DNA from: Bacteroidales bacterium UBA2030
GTDB taxonomy: Bacteria; Bacteroidota; Bacteroidia; Bacteroidales; TTA-H9
Direction of reading: 5' to 3'
NCBI GenBank assembly: GCA_002332755.1
Contig: DDBO01000035.1
Location: forward strand, 1-48,331
DNA: 48,331 nt
Shown here piece after piece: positions 19,452 to 28,234 of the stretch; position 1 is the first letter of the stretch; each line of letters opens with the position of its first letter. The notes under the pieces are model-generated. The model was not told the DNA's origin. It saw only the letters and a list, made by a program, of their open reading frames with translations, and ran no database searches. The position numbers and the translations under genes are program-made.

Positions 19452-21137
19452 ATGCTTAAGGTTCAGAAATTATTTTGGATAGGATTTTTGCTGGGAATGT
19501 TTCTTTTCTGGGCCGCTCCTGTCGTTTGGGCGAATGGCAAAATCTACAAAATTGGTTTTGATATCAATTATCCTCCTCATGAATTCCTGGGGAAGGATGG
19601 TGAGCCTACTGGCTTCGATATTGACATTGCACGGGCGGTTATGGATGCCTTGGGCGAACAGTATGTTTTTATTGGAGGAACCTGGGCTGAAATCACTCAT
19701 CAACTTAAAAATGGTCAAATCGACTTTATTGCAGGAATGTACCTTAATCCCGGCAGGGATTCAATCTACGATTTTAGTACAGCTTACTACATCATCTTTC
19801 ATGCCATCTTTTTCAACGAAAAAAGCAGAATAAAAAACATCAGCGACTTGCAGAACGAGAAAAACCCCATTGCCATAATTCCCAAAAACCAATATCTCAT
19901 CGATTTTTTAAAAGAGAAAAATCCTTCTATAATTTTCAATTTTGGACTCAATGCCCGGCATTGTATTCAAATGTTATCTTCTGGGGCTGGTGATATAGCT
20001 ATCGTTCCCGAAACCGTGGGAAAATACTACATCGAACGATATCATTATAGAAATATAGAGTCGGCTGTTATTAAAATTATCCCTCGGGAATATGGTTTTG
20101 CTGTAAGAGACGGTGACACTTTATTAATCAAAAAACTCAATAAAGGCCTAAGTCTGATTCAGGATAATGGCAGATATAAAGGAATTAAAAACAAATGGAT
20201 ACCTTCAGAATTATCAAAACTCGATAAAATTCTCCAGAAAATAGTTATTACCATACTTCTTTTTCCGGGTGCCGCTCTTTTGATTTATTTAACATGGAAC
20301 AGGCAGCTGAAAAAAATAGTAGCTCAGAAAACTGAAGAGTTAAAACAGGAACTTGAAAAACGAAAGCAGATTGAAGCCGAACTCATAAAAGCAAAAGAAA
20401 AGGCAGAAGAAAGCGACAGGCTAAAATCATCTTTCTTAAGTAATATGAGCCACGAAATTCGCACCCCAATGAATGCCATCATAGGATTCAGCGAACTACT
20501 GGCTGAAGAAAACATAACTCCGGAGGAAAAAGCAGAGTATTACGAACTCATTACGGTAAATGCCAACATCTTGCTCAACCTTATCAATGATATCATTGAT
20601 ATTTCAAAAATAGAAGCCGGGCAATTAGAAATACTACCTGAGCCGGTACTGGTTAACGAATTGTTGTCTTCGCTTTACGACGTCTATACCAATGAACTCA
20701 AAGTTCGGAAAAAAACAAGAATTAGCCTCGAATTGGTAATGCCAGGCCCAGATGATCTTTTTGTAATTGCAGATAGTATCCGACTGTCTCAAGTAATCAC
20801 CAATTTAATGATCAACGCCATCAAATTCACAAATGATGGCTATATAAGGTATGGCTATGAACTGAGGGAGGATTTAAAGCAGATACATTTCTTTGTTAAA
20901 GATACAGGGCCAGGAATTTCGCCTGAAAAGAAGGAAATTATTTTTGAAAGATTTCGTCAGGCCGAAGAGGGGCTTAACCGACGTTATGAAGGGGCAGGTC
21001 TTGGACTGTTTATTTGCAACAATCTTGTAAACATGATGGGGGGAAAAATCTGGCTTAGCTCAGAGCTTGGCCGGGGCTCTACTTTCTGGTTTTCGCTCCC
21101 CCTGCCTTCGGCTCAGGGGATAGGTCATTCTGAGTAA
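19452..21137 (+). CDS. sensor histidine kinase with periplasmic solute-binding (SBP_bac_3-like) domain
   Basis: The track ORF starts at a TTG (19416). I prefer the ATG at 19452 (MLKVQKLFWIGFLL... signal/TM). PBP type 2 region (KIYKIGFDINYPPHEF...GFDIDIA), TM, H-box MSHEIRTPMN, G-box GAGLGLFI. Confidence 0.85.
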   Translation: MLKVQKLFWIGFLLGMFLFWAAPVVWANGKIYKIGFDINYPPHEFLGKDGEPTGFDIDIARAVMDALGEQYVFIGGTWAEITHQLKNGQIDFIAGMYLNPGRDSIYDFSTAYYIIFHAIFFNEKSRIKNISDLQNEKNPIAIIPKNQYLIDFLKEKNPSIIFNFGLNARHCIQMLSSGAGDIAIVPETVGKYYIERYHYRNIESAVIKIIPREYGFAVRDGDTLLIKKLNKGLSLIQDNGRYKGIKNKWIPSELSKLDKILQKIVITILLFPGAALLIYLTWNRQLKKIVAQKTEELKQELEKRKQIEAELIKAKEKAEESDRLKSSFLSNMSHEIRTPMNAIIGFSELLAEENITPEEKAEYYELITVNANILLNLINDIIDISKIEAGQLEILPEPVLVNELLSSLYDVYTNELKVRKKTRISLELVMPGPDDLFVIADSIRLSQVITNLMINAIKFTNDGYIRYGYELREDLKQIHFFVKDTGPGISPEKKEIIFERFRQAEEGLNRRYEGAGLGLFICNNLVNMMGGKIWLSSELGRGSTFWFSLPLPSAQGIGHSE

Positions 21138-21155
21138 AAATCGACCCCAAATTTA

Positions 21156-22043
21156 CTAATACCTTTGAGGAACAAAGGTTTGTTCGTTTAAAGGGGGCCG
21201 AACATAATGTCCTGAGGGTTTCCGGGGAGGTAATTCCATGATTGCCGGAGGCAATTCTTCATAGGGGATTAATGAAAGCAGATGAGCTATGCAATTGAGT
21301 CGTGCCCGACGTTTATCATCCGCATCGACTACCCACCAGGGGGAAATTTTAGTATCGGTATAGGCAAACATTTCATCTTTGGCCCTGCTGTATTCATCCC
21401 ATTTGTCGCGTGAAGCGAGGTCCATGGGGCTAAGCTTCCATCGGCGGGTGGGGTCGGCCAGGCGCTGCCTGAATCTTCGCTCCTGTTCTTCTTCACTTAC
21501 AGAAAACCAATATTTTATAAGGATGATGCCTGAACGTATCAGCATGCGTTCGAAATAGGGGCATGAGCGTAAGAATTCCCAATATTCCTCTTCGGTACAG
21601 AATCCCATTACCCTTTCTACACCTGCCCGATTGTACCATGATCGGTCGAAAAGAACCATTTCACCTGCTGAAGGAAGATGTGCCACGTAACGTTGAAAAT
21701 ACCATTGGGTACGTTCCTTTTCGGTTGGAGCAGGCAAGGCCGCTACCCGACAAATACGGGGATTGAGGCATTCGGTAATACGTTTGATGGTTCCTCCTTT
21801 TCCTGCTGCATCGCGACCCTCGAAAATTACTACGACCTTAAGTCCTTTTACCTTAATCCATTCCTGCAGTTTAACGAGTTCCACCTGCAATTTGGCCAGC
21901 TCCTGCTCATAGAATTTTTTCTTTAGTTTAGAGGGTTCCTCCATTTTTTCTGCTTCAGGCTTGGAGCTCTGCTTTAGGGGATTTCGAGGGGCAATTTCAT
22001 CCTGAAATTCTTCACTGAACAACCTGCGAATATCGTCTTGCAT
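21156..22043 (-). CDS. ppk2: polyphosphate kinase 2
   Basis: Classic PPK2 block VVIFEGRDAAGKGGTIKRI...QWYFQRY...LPSAGEMVLFDRSWYNRAGVERVMGF. Confidence 0.9.
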   Translation of the reverse strand: MQDDIRRLFSEEFQDEIAPRNPLKQSSKPEAEKMEEPSKLKKKFYEQELAKLQVELVKLQEWIKVKGLKVVVIFEGRDAAGKGGTIKRITECLNPRICRVAALPAPTEKERTQWYFQRYVAHLPSAGEMVLFDRSWYNRAGVERVMGFCTEEEYWEFLRSCPYFERMLIRSGIILIKYWFSVSEEEQERRFRQRLADPTRRWKLSPMDLASRDKWDEYSRAKDEMFAYTDTKISPWWVVDADDKRRARLNCIAHLLSLIPYEELPPAIMELPPRKPSGHYVRPPLNEQTFVPQRY

Positions 22044-22075
22044 CGTAAGAATGGTTTTAGGTAAATATACACCCT

Positions 22076-22918
22076 TTAATCCATTTTACAATGACCTGCT
22101 ATTTCAAGGCCAAGCAAATCATCATACCAGTGCATCAGGTTTCGCATTAAAGGATTGCGTACATCGAAAGTGAAGTTTTCGATTCGGCGCAAGGGTAAGA
22201 CCTTAGGAGAAGTGCCTGTCAGGAATGCTGCCTCAAACTGGTCCAGCGATTCAAAATGAATTTTTTCCTGTCGTACCGGTATCCCGTTCAACCGGGCTAA
22301 ATGTATCACTTTGTGGCGTGTCACACCCATAAGCACCATTTCTTGTGGAGCGGTATAGAGCTCATTGCCTTTCACGAAAAAGACATTCGACCTGCTTCCC
22401 TCGGTTACCCAACCCTGTTTATTCACCAGAATGACTTCATATACTCCCTGAGACTCCATCATGGCACGGGCCGCATCTTTTAAGGGGACATTCCGGTATT
22501 TAGTATTTGGACTTATTCTCTCGCTGAAATAGAAGATAGCTTCAACTCCCTCCTCATACTGAACAGGTGCCGGGTAAGTATGAGGAATATACCATGCCAT
22601 AATATGCCTGATGTTTGGACATGCCTCAGGTTGGTAATTGGCCGACAATTCGATATTCCCATCGGGAGAACCGTTGGCATCGAGCATGGCGTAAAGCTTT
22701 TGCTCTATTTCATCATCACTCATCCATAGGTCGAAACCAGAGTTACGAGCAGATGCCCTGAAGCGATGCAGATGGTCGCGCAAAAAAATGAAATGTCCGT
22801 TAATAACCCTGATTACTTCATACACGGTGTAGCCTTGCGAAAGTAAGCGCTCGTCAATCTGATCGCAGGCAAAAATATCATTGTCGAACCAAATGTATTC
22901 CCTGTAGGGTTTTATCAT
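22076..22918 (-). CDS. aminotransferase class IV (BCAT / D-amino-acid AT / ADC-lyase fold)
   Basis: 280 aa with fold type IV motifs (EGSRSNVFFVKGNELYTAP, GVTRHKVIHLA, FLTGTSPKVLPL). Confidence 0.8.
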   Translation of the reverse strand: MIKPYREYIWFDNDIFACDQIDERLLSQGYTVYEVIRVINGHFIFLRDHLHRFRASARNSGFDLWMSDDEIEQKLYAMLDANGSPDGNIELSANYQPEACPNIRHIMAWYIPHTYPAPVQYEEGVEAIFYFSERISPNTKYRNVPLKDAARAMMESQGVYEVILVNKQGWVTEGSRSNVFFVKGNELYTAPQEMVLMGVTRHKVIHLARLNGIPVRQEKIHFESLDQFEAAFLTGTSPKVLPLRRIENFTFDVRNPLMRNLMHWYDDLLGLEIAGHCKMD

Positions 22919-22956
22919 CTGTCAAAGGTTTATCGGTTACAGCGAAACCACCTCTA

Positions 22957-23352
22957 TTAAAAAGGCAGGTCGTCGTCGATGGGAGCAGGATTAGAAGGGG
23001 ATGCATCAGGCTGAGCAATAGGAGGCCGTTCAGAAAGGTAATATTGTTCAGTTGGAGGTGCAATGGGAGCGGATGCACCTGAAACTTTTGTTATTTCGTA
23101 AGCTCTAACGTCGGTGTACCAGCGTTCATTATATTCCCGAGATTCTATACTAAAGCTTATTTTCAACTCATCCCCCGGAGTTAGCTCCTTCAAAATTTCT
23201 GTGCGCTCATTCCAAGCAATCAGGCAAATTTTTTTAGGATAAGTTTCTATCGTCTCTATAATGAAGCTCTGTTTTTTCCAGTTTCCGCGAGCGCTGGTTC
23301 CACTCTGGGGCTCCAATACTTTCACCAGTTTTCCGTTAATTGTGTGATCCAT
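22957..23352 (-). CDS. DUF3127 protein with SSB-like C-terminal tail
   Basis: N-terminal ~88 aa (GKLVKVLEPQSGTSARGNWKKQSFIIET...ERWYTDVRAYEI) match the DUF3127 family from memory. These are followed by a Pro/Ala/Gln-rich low-complexity linker and a terminal DDDLPF. Confidence 0.7.
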   Translation of the reverse strand: MDHTINGKLVKVLEPQSGTSARGNWKKQSFIIETIETYPKKICLIAWNERTEILKELTPGDELKISFSIESREYNERWYTDVRAYEITKVSGASAPIAPPTEQYYLSERPPIAQPDASPSNPAPIDDDLPF

Positions 23353-23366
23353 AAAACAATAAAAAA

Positions 23367-23840
23367 TTAATAAGCAATTTTATTTTCAGATTCGTTCCAA
23401 ACCCGGAATGGGGCATTAGCATTTTCAATTTTAACATGAACAAAAGGAATGTTACGGTCTAAATGAGGTTTTCCAATCTCCTGGTAAATAAAGCTATCGT
23501 CGAAACCGGCGGCGGCTGCTTCATCTTGTGTAGCAGCATAATATACCTTGCGAATACGAGCCCAATAAATTGCACCCAGGCACATTGGGCAGGGTTCACA
23601 ACTGGTATAAAGCTCGCAATCGTCGAGTTGGAAAGTATTTAGCTTTCGGCATGCTTCTCGGATTGCATTCACTTCGGCATGGGCCGTCGGGTCGTTGCTG
23701 GATGTAACAGAGTTAGCTGTCGCGGCTAATATTTGGCCATTTCTAACGATTAGGGCGGCAAAAGGACCTCCACGCCCTCTCTTTACATTGTCCTGCGCCA
23801 TTTCTATGGTAAGGCTCAAATACTTTGATGCGTTTTCCAT
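23367..23840 (-). CDS. guaD: guanine deaminase (CDA-fold nucleoside deaminase)
   Basis: 157 aa with HAEVNAIREA and CEPCPMCLGAIYWA zinc motifs. GFDDSFIYQEI and the C-terminal segment closely parallel Bacillus-type GuaD rather than TadA. Confidence 0.75.
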   Translation of the reverse strand: MENASKYLSLTIEMAQDNVKRGRGGPFAALIVRNGQILAATANSVTSSNDPTAHAEVNAIREACRKLNTFQLDDCELYTSCEPCPMCLGAIYWARIRKVYYAATQDEAAAAGFDDSFIYQEIGKPHLDRNIPFVHVKIENANAPFRVWNESENKIAY

Positions 23841-23910
23841 ACCCGTCTTTTAATTTTCAAAATTACATAAACCTGATGAAGAAAACAGCTGTTGGTTAAG
23901 CTCGGAGGGT

Positions 23911-24618
23911 TTATTTACCCTGAATTTCCTGAAAATATTTTGTCCATTTCCCTTTAATTGTGGGCCATTGCAAAGCGCTTTGCAACACTTTCAAAAATTC
24001 AGCTCTGGGAATGGTTTCAGCCCCAAGACTAAGTAAATGCTCCGTTTTCATCTGCGCATCAATAAAGAGAAAGCCGTGGTGAAGGGCAAATTGCACCAGG
24101 TAATAAAAAGCCACCTTGCTTGCATCGGTCATGTGATGAAACATACTCTCTCCAAAAAAAGCTTTTCCCAGGCTAACGCCATATAATCCACCAACCAGCT
24201 TGCCTTCGAACCAGGTCTCAAAACTGTGAGCATATCCTGCCTTATGAAAAGATGTGTAAGCCTTTTCAACCTCCGATGTAATCCAGGTTCCGGTCTGATC
24301 TTTGCGCGGAGTAACCCTGCAGGCATTTATTACCTGCGGAAAAACCGTATCAACGGTCACCTGAAATTTGTTTTTCCTTAAGGTTTGACGTAAGCTATGC
24401 GATAGTTTGAACTTTTCCGGTATAAGCAAAGTTCGTGGGTCAGGCGACCACCACATGATAGGCTCCCCCTCAGTGTACCAGGGGAAAAGTCCGGAGCTGT
24501 ATGCCGACAGCAAACTTTTAATGCTAAGATTACCACCAATGCCCACCAAGCCAGCTTCCTCGGCTTGTTTGGATATTAGCATGCCTTCATATTCAGGATC
24601 AAATGCAATGATTGCCAT
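23911..24618 (-). CDS. aat: leucyl/phenylalanyl-tRNA--protein transferase
   Basis: LFPWY...PIMWWSPDPR...GTWIT...AHSFETW..GKLVGGLYGVSLGKAFFGESMF are hallmark Aat blocks. Confidence 0.9.
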   Translation of the reverse strand: MAIIAFDPEYEGMLISKQAEEAGLVGIGGNLSIKSLLSAYSSGLFPWYTEGEPIMWWSPDPRTLLIPEKFKLSHSLRQTLRKNKFQVTVDTVFPQVINACRVTPRKDQTGTWITSEVEKAYTSFHKAGYAHSFETWFEGKLVGGLYGVSLGKAFFGESMFHHMTDASKVAFYYLVQFALHHGFLFIDAQMKTEHLLSLGAETIPRAEFLKVLQSALQWPTIKGKWTKYFQEIQGK

Positions 24619-26243
24619 TACTCACTAACAAAAATTTTTTTTGAATAACTACCCTTAGAGCTTATTACCTGAGCAAAATACCAACCCCGTGCCAAATGTT
24701 GAAGAGGAAACATGGGTTTATTCAGGTCTTTACTCCTGAAAACCTCTCTGCCATTGATATCAATAACTCTAACCATCTGTATAATTTCACCTTCTGATGG
24801 ATGGAAAAGCAGGCAAAATTTTCCATCCATTAAAATTATTTTAAATTCTGAAAAAGGTTTTTCTGGTATTCCCAAGGGGTCAGTCATCAAGGTAAATTGG
24901 TGCACAATTTCGGGTGCCATAGCGGGATCATTTACGTGGCCAAAGGTATCGGCTGCGTAAATATAGTATTGAACCGTATCTCCAGGGCTAAGCCCATTTA
25001 TCGTACCGTAATATTTACCCATTTGTAATTGCATAGCAATGCTCGTAAATTCCTGACTAGGCAATATGCGATAAAACAATACCACCGAGTCAGGGTTATT
25101 TTCCGCTTGTACCAGGCACGTTATGGTCTTGAAGGGCTCAAAAATTTGTTCACCTTTCAGTGCAGCATGAAGAATTCTTAAAAACTGAGGTTTGCATATC
25201 TCCCGGGTAATACAATGAATAGCCCCATATAAAGGGGTTAATGTGCGGGCATCAACCATTTTAATTTGATACCCAGGCATATTCCTTTCGTAGATAGCTT
25301 TGGCAGTGTCATCCAATGGATGGTTATATTTGGGAACCACAACCACCCCATTGGTAGTCAGTGAATTCGTATATGTGCGCATTTCGTCGTTGAGGGTAGT
25401 GGTATAAGTTCCATCTTCTTTGGGAGGGGCAGGAATACGAACAATTTTATAAGGTATTCCCAACGGATTTGACATTTGAGAAAGCTGCTGTGCGATACCT
25501 TCGATGATTGGATAGTCGGGTAAATAATCGGGATAACTGGAAATAAGTATTGTTTGATTGTCAATCATTTTCATAAACATGTCCACATGCATCCATATTC
25601 CTCCGCCACTATTTTCCAATACATCAATAAAATGAAAATCATTCAGTCCAAAATAGCTGAGAAAAAGACTTTTTACCTGTGACTGTGTAAGCGTTGGATT
25701 TTGGGTAAAAATGCGTTTGCTGCCAAATCCTGCACCAGTGCCGTCAAGAATTACATTACCCCCTTCAACCTCAAGGGGGAATTGCACCACCGGGATACCC
25801 CATTGACGACCCAATTGAGCCGGAATTGAATCGTCTTTCGGACGATTATATTTGCTGTAACGGGCATCTAAAAAAAATCTCTCCCAATGCTCACCATTGA
25901 ATCTATAACCTGAAAACGGACCATAATCGCGAATCCACAGGGTTTCAGTCCAACCGGGTACAAATTTTACATTATGATAACCCACGCCGTGAAGAAGAAG
26001 ATATGTGCGAATGTATGTAGTATCATAAGGTGCCGGTCCGGGATAATAAATTATCCATACCGTACTAACATCCTGCAAGGAATGGGCAATATTGGCCACC
26101 ACCGAATCACGCGAAGGTGCATAATCCCAGGTAAGTAATACCCCTTCATTATATTCAAACTCAGCAGGAAATGCTCGTGTCTGTGCAGGCAATTGACTTA
26201 TAAAACAATAAAGTAATATGTACAAATAAATGAATTTTCTCAT
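24618..26243 (-). CDS. secreted agmatine deiminase / Porphyromonas-type peptidylarginine deiminase family protein with T9SS C-terminal sorting domain
   Basis: I place the start at the ATG at 26243 (MRKFIYLYILLYCFISQLPAQ signal peptide) rather than the track start at 26345. PAD_porph-type core ending in the catalytic-Cys block YGAIHCITREI, then an Ig-like region and a ~80-aa C-terminus (..ARGWYFAQVISSKGSYSKKIFVSE) typical of type A T9SS CTDs. Confidence 0.75.
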   Translation of the reverse strand: MRKFIYLYILLYCFISQLPAQTRAFPAEFEYNEGVLLTWDYAPSRDSVVANIAHSLQDVSTVWIIYYPGPAPYDTTYIRTYLLLHGVGYHNVKFVPGWTETLWIRDYGPFSGYRFNGEHWERFFLDARYSKYNRPKDDSIPAQLGRQWGIPVVQFPLEVEGGNVILDGTGAGFGSKRIFTQNPTLTQSQVKSLFLSYFGLNDFHFIDVLENSGGGIWMHVDMFMKMIDNQTILISSYPDYLPDYPIIEGIAQQLSQMSNPLGIPYKIVRIPAPPKEDGTYTTTLNDEMRTYTNSLTTNGVVVVPKYNHPLDDTAKAIYERNMPGYQIKMVDARTLTPLYGAIHCITREICKPQFLRILHAALKGEQIFEPFKTITCLVQAENNPDSVVLFYRILPSQEFTSIAMQLQMGKYYGTINGLSPGDTVQYYIYAADTFGHVNDPAMAPEIVHQFTLMTDPLGIPEKPFSEFKIILMDGKFCLLFHPSEGEIIQMVRVIDINGREVFRSKDLNKPMFPLQHLARGWYFAQVISSKGSYSKKIFVSE

Positions 26244-26512
26244 CCCGATTAATTGTATTAGTTCCACCCAGAAATAAACCTTTATTTCACACTTTTCAAT
26301 GTCGCAAGTTAATATTTTAATGCCACGTAAAAAAGATACCGACAAGTAATTTTATAATGCCTTCATCAGCCAGTATTGCCAGAATTCTGTAGAATTTGTA
26401 AGAATGCATAATTTTGAGATGAAAAATGCATCAAACAGATTTATGAAACTAATGAAAAATCAATAAGGAATTATTGATATTTGCATTAATTATAAAACTA
26501 ATTCGGTCTAAT

Positions 26513-26773
26513 ATGAAAATGGACAAACTTTGTCAAAGCTGCGGTCTCCCTTTGGAAAAAGATCCACTAAAAGGCGGCACCCATGTTGATGGAAGCCAAA
26601 ACCCGAAATATTGCAGCTATTGTTACCAAAATGGAGAATTCACCTTTAAAGGCACTGTGAAGGAATTTCAAGCTTTCGTCATGCAAAAAATGCGAGAGCA
26701 AGGCCATTCTTGGTTAAAAGCATGGCTGCTTACCCGAAGTATCCCCTACTACGAAAGATGGAAAAAGAATTGA
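26513..26773 (+). CDS. putative zinc-ribbon domain protein
   Basis: The track ORF starts at a TTG; the ATG at 26513 gives MKMDKLCQSCGLPL...KYCSYCYQNGEFT (CxxC...CxxC). Confidence 0.6.
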   Translation: MKMDKLCQSCGLPLEKDPLKGGTHVDGSQNPKYCSYCYQNGEFTFKGTVKEFQAFVMQKMREQGHSWLKAWLLTRSIPYYERWKKN

Positions 26774-27114
26774 AAGCAGGCTGGACAAATGTGATTCACT
26801 ATCTGGGAAGCGCCTTACTGGTTATTGGTGCAGTCGATCCTTTGGAAGGTTCCGTGCTTATTACGATAGGTAGTGGATTGCTGACATTTGTTGCTTTTAA
26901 AAACCGCAGAAAAGATCGTAACCGACTGATTGCAGGCTTTATAAGTATTTTGGTTGGGGTTTTCTTTTTGTTTCTATTCTCCTCGTTTGGTGGATTTGGA
27001 GGACCTAACGGAATTGCATGGGGATGGAGTGTGCTGATATTGCCCTACCCGGCTGGTTGGTTTTATACAATAGGCCTTTTGTTAGCAAGACTTAAGGCAA
27101 AACCCAAAGCATAG
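26758..27114 (+). CDS. small integral membrane protein (3-4 TM), unknown function
   Basis: Start chosen at the ATG at 26758 (MEKELKAGWTNVIHYLGSALLVIGAV...), which overlaps the zinc-ribbon gene by 16 nt. Hydrophobic helices run throughout. Confidence 0.5.
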   Translation: MEKELKAGWTNVIHYLGSALLVIGAVDPLEGSVLITIGSGLLTFVAFKNRRKDRNRLIAGFISILVGVFFLFLFSSFGGFGGPNGIAWGWSVLILPYPAGWFYTIGLLLARLKAKPKA

Positions 27115-27199
27115 TCGCCTCCACCTTTTTTATAGAAAAATTGTACCACAACCTTCAAAGGAAAGCATAATCACCTTATAAGGCCAACCGTAAGGTTGA

Positions 27200-28234
27200 T
27201 TATTCTTTCCATTCTGCAAGTACTTTGACAACCTTTGCCAACATTTCATCCGTGAAATCGAGATGCGTGACAAAACGAATAGTTTGAGGGCCAAAGGTTA
27301 AGGCAAGAATGTCATGAGCTTTTAAATAATTCAGGAAACGATCAGCAGGCATCGAATCTTTTAACCTAAAAATCAATATATTACTTTCTACAGGAAAAAC
27401 CTCATCCACAAATCTGAGTTCACTGAGGGCTTTACCCAATGTCTGTGCCCGGCGAAAATCTTCTTTTAATAAAGGAATATTGTTTTTCAGGGCATATAAT
27501 CCGGCAGCGGCGAGGTATCCTGCCTGACGCATACCCCCACCTAAAACCTTACGAATACGGCGAGCTCTGGTTATGTCATGTTTCGAGCCTAACAAAACAG
27601 ATCCTACGGGTGTACCCAGTCCTTTGGAAAGACAAATGCTGATAGTATCGAAAATAACTCCGTAATCCCTGGGTTGAGTTCCGTTAAAGGCCATAGCATT
27701 AAACAAGCGGGCGCCATCCAGGTGAAAACCTAAACCTTTTTGATGAGTAAAACTGCTGATTCTCCTGAGCTCCTCAATATCCCACACCGAACCACCACCT
27801 TTGTTGGATGTATTTTCGGCCACCACTAACCTCGAAACAGCCAAATGATAATTATCGGGTTCATTCAGGGCTTCTTGTACCTGTTGCAAGGTAAATCGCC
27901 CTCTGTCGCCTTTAAGCAGACGCACAGAACAACCTGAGTTAAAAGCTATACCACCCGCCTCAAACAGATATACATGAGCAGTTTCATCACAAATTACTTC
28001 ATCACCAGGGCGGGTATGCAACTTAATGGCTATTTGATTAGCCATGGTGCCCGAAGGGGTAAAAATTCCGGCTTCCATGCCAAACATGTTGGCCAGCGTC
28101 TGCTCGAGTTCTATTACCGTAGGGTCTTCACCAAATACATCGTCACCCACCCTGGCTTGCATCATGGCTTTTAGCATACCCTCGGAAGGACGAGTCACAG
28201 TATCGCTTCTCAAATCAATCCATTGTTTTTCCAT
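27200..28234 (-). CDS. ltaE: low-specificity L-threonine aldolase
   Basis: [10 protein letters not shown]...[13 protein letters not shown]...[10 protein letters not shown] and the [13 protein letters not shown]-lysine block. Confidence 0.85.
   Translation of the reverse strand: MEKQWIDLRSDTVTRPSEGMLKAMMQARVGDDVFGEDPTVIELEQTLANMFGMEAGIFTPSGTMANQIAIKLHTRPGDEVICDETAHVYLFEAGGIAFNSGCSVRLLKGDRGRFTLQQVQEALNEPDNYHLAVSRLVVAENTSNKGGGSVWDIEELRRISSFTHQKGLGFHLDGARLFNAMAFNGTQPRDYGVIFDTISICLSKGLGTPVGSVLLGSKHDITRARRIRKVLGGGMRQAGYLAAAGLYALKNNIPLLKEDFRRAQTLGKALSELRFVDEVFPVESNILIFRLKDSMPADRFLNYLKAHDILALTFGPQTIRFVTHLDFTDEMLAKVVKVLAEWKE

Noticed and set aside
21156-26243. The co-directional run of PAD-family, aat, guaD, DUF3127, class IV aminotransferase and ppk2 genes as a single novel system
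   Set aside because: The genes have unrelated, mostly housekeeping functions and are separated by gaps of 14-70 nt that could hold promoters. Only the PAD-family/aat overlap and the guaD-DUF3127 proximity are noteworthy, and these are reported separately.
26244-26345. 34-codon N-terminal extension of the PAD-family ORF
   Set aside because: The internal ATG at 26243 starts a canonical signal peptide (MRKFIYLYILLYCFISQLPAQ). The extension has no signal-like features.
26419-26466. 15-codon uORF (MKNASNRFMKLMKNQ) with a repeated ATGAAAAAT upstream of the zinc-ribbon gene
   Set aside because: It is short and AT-rich, has no regulatory codon run and no associated structure, so it is likely chance.
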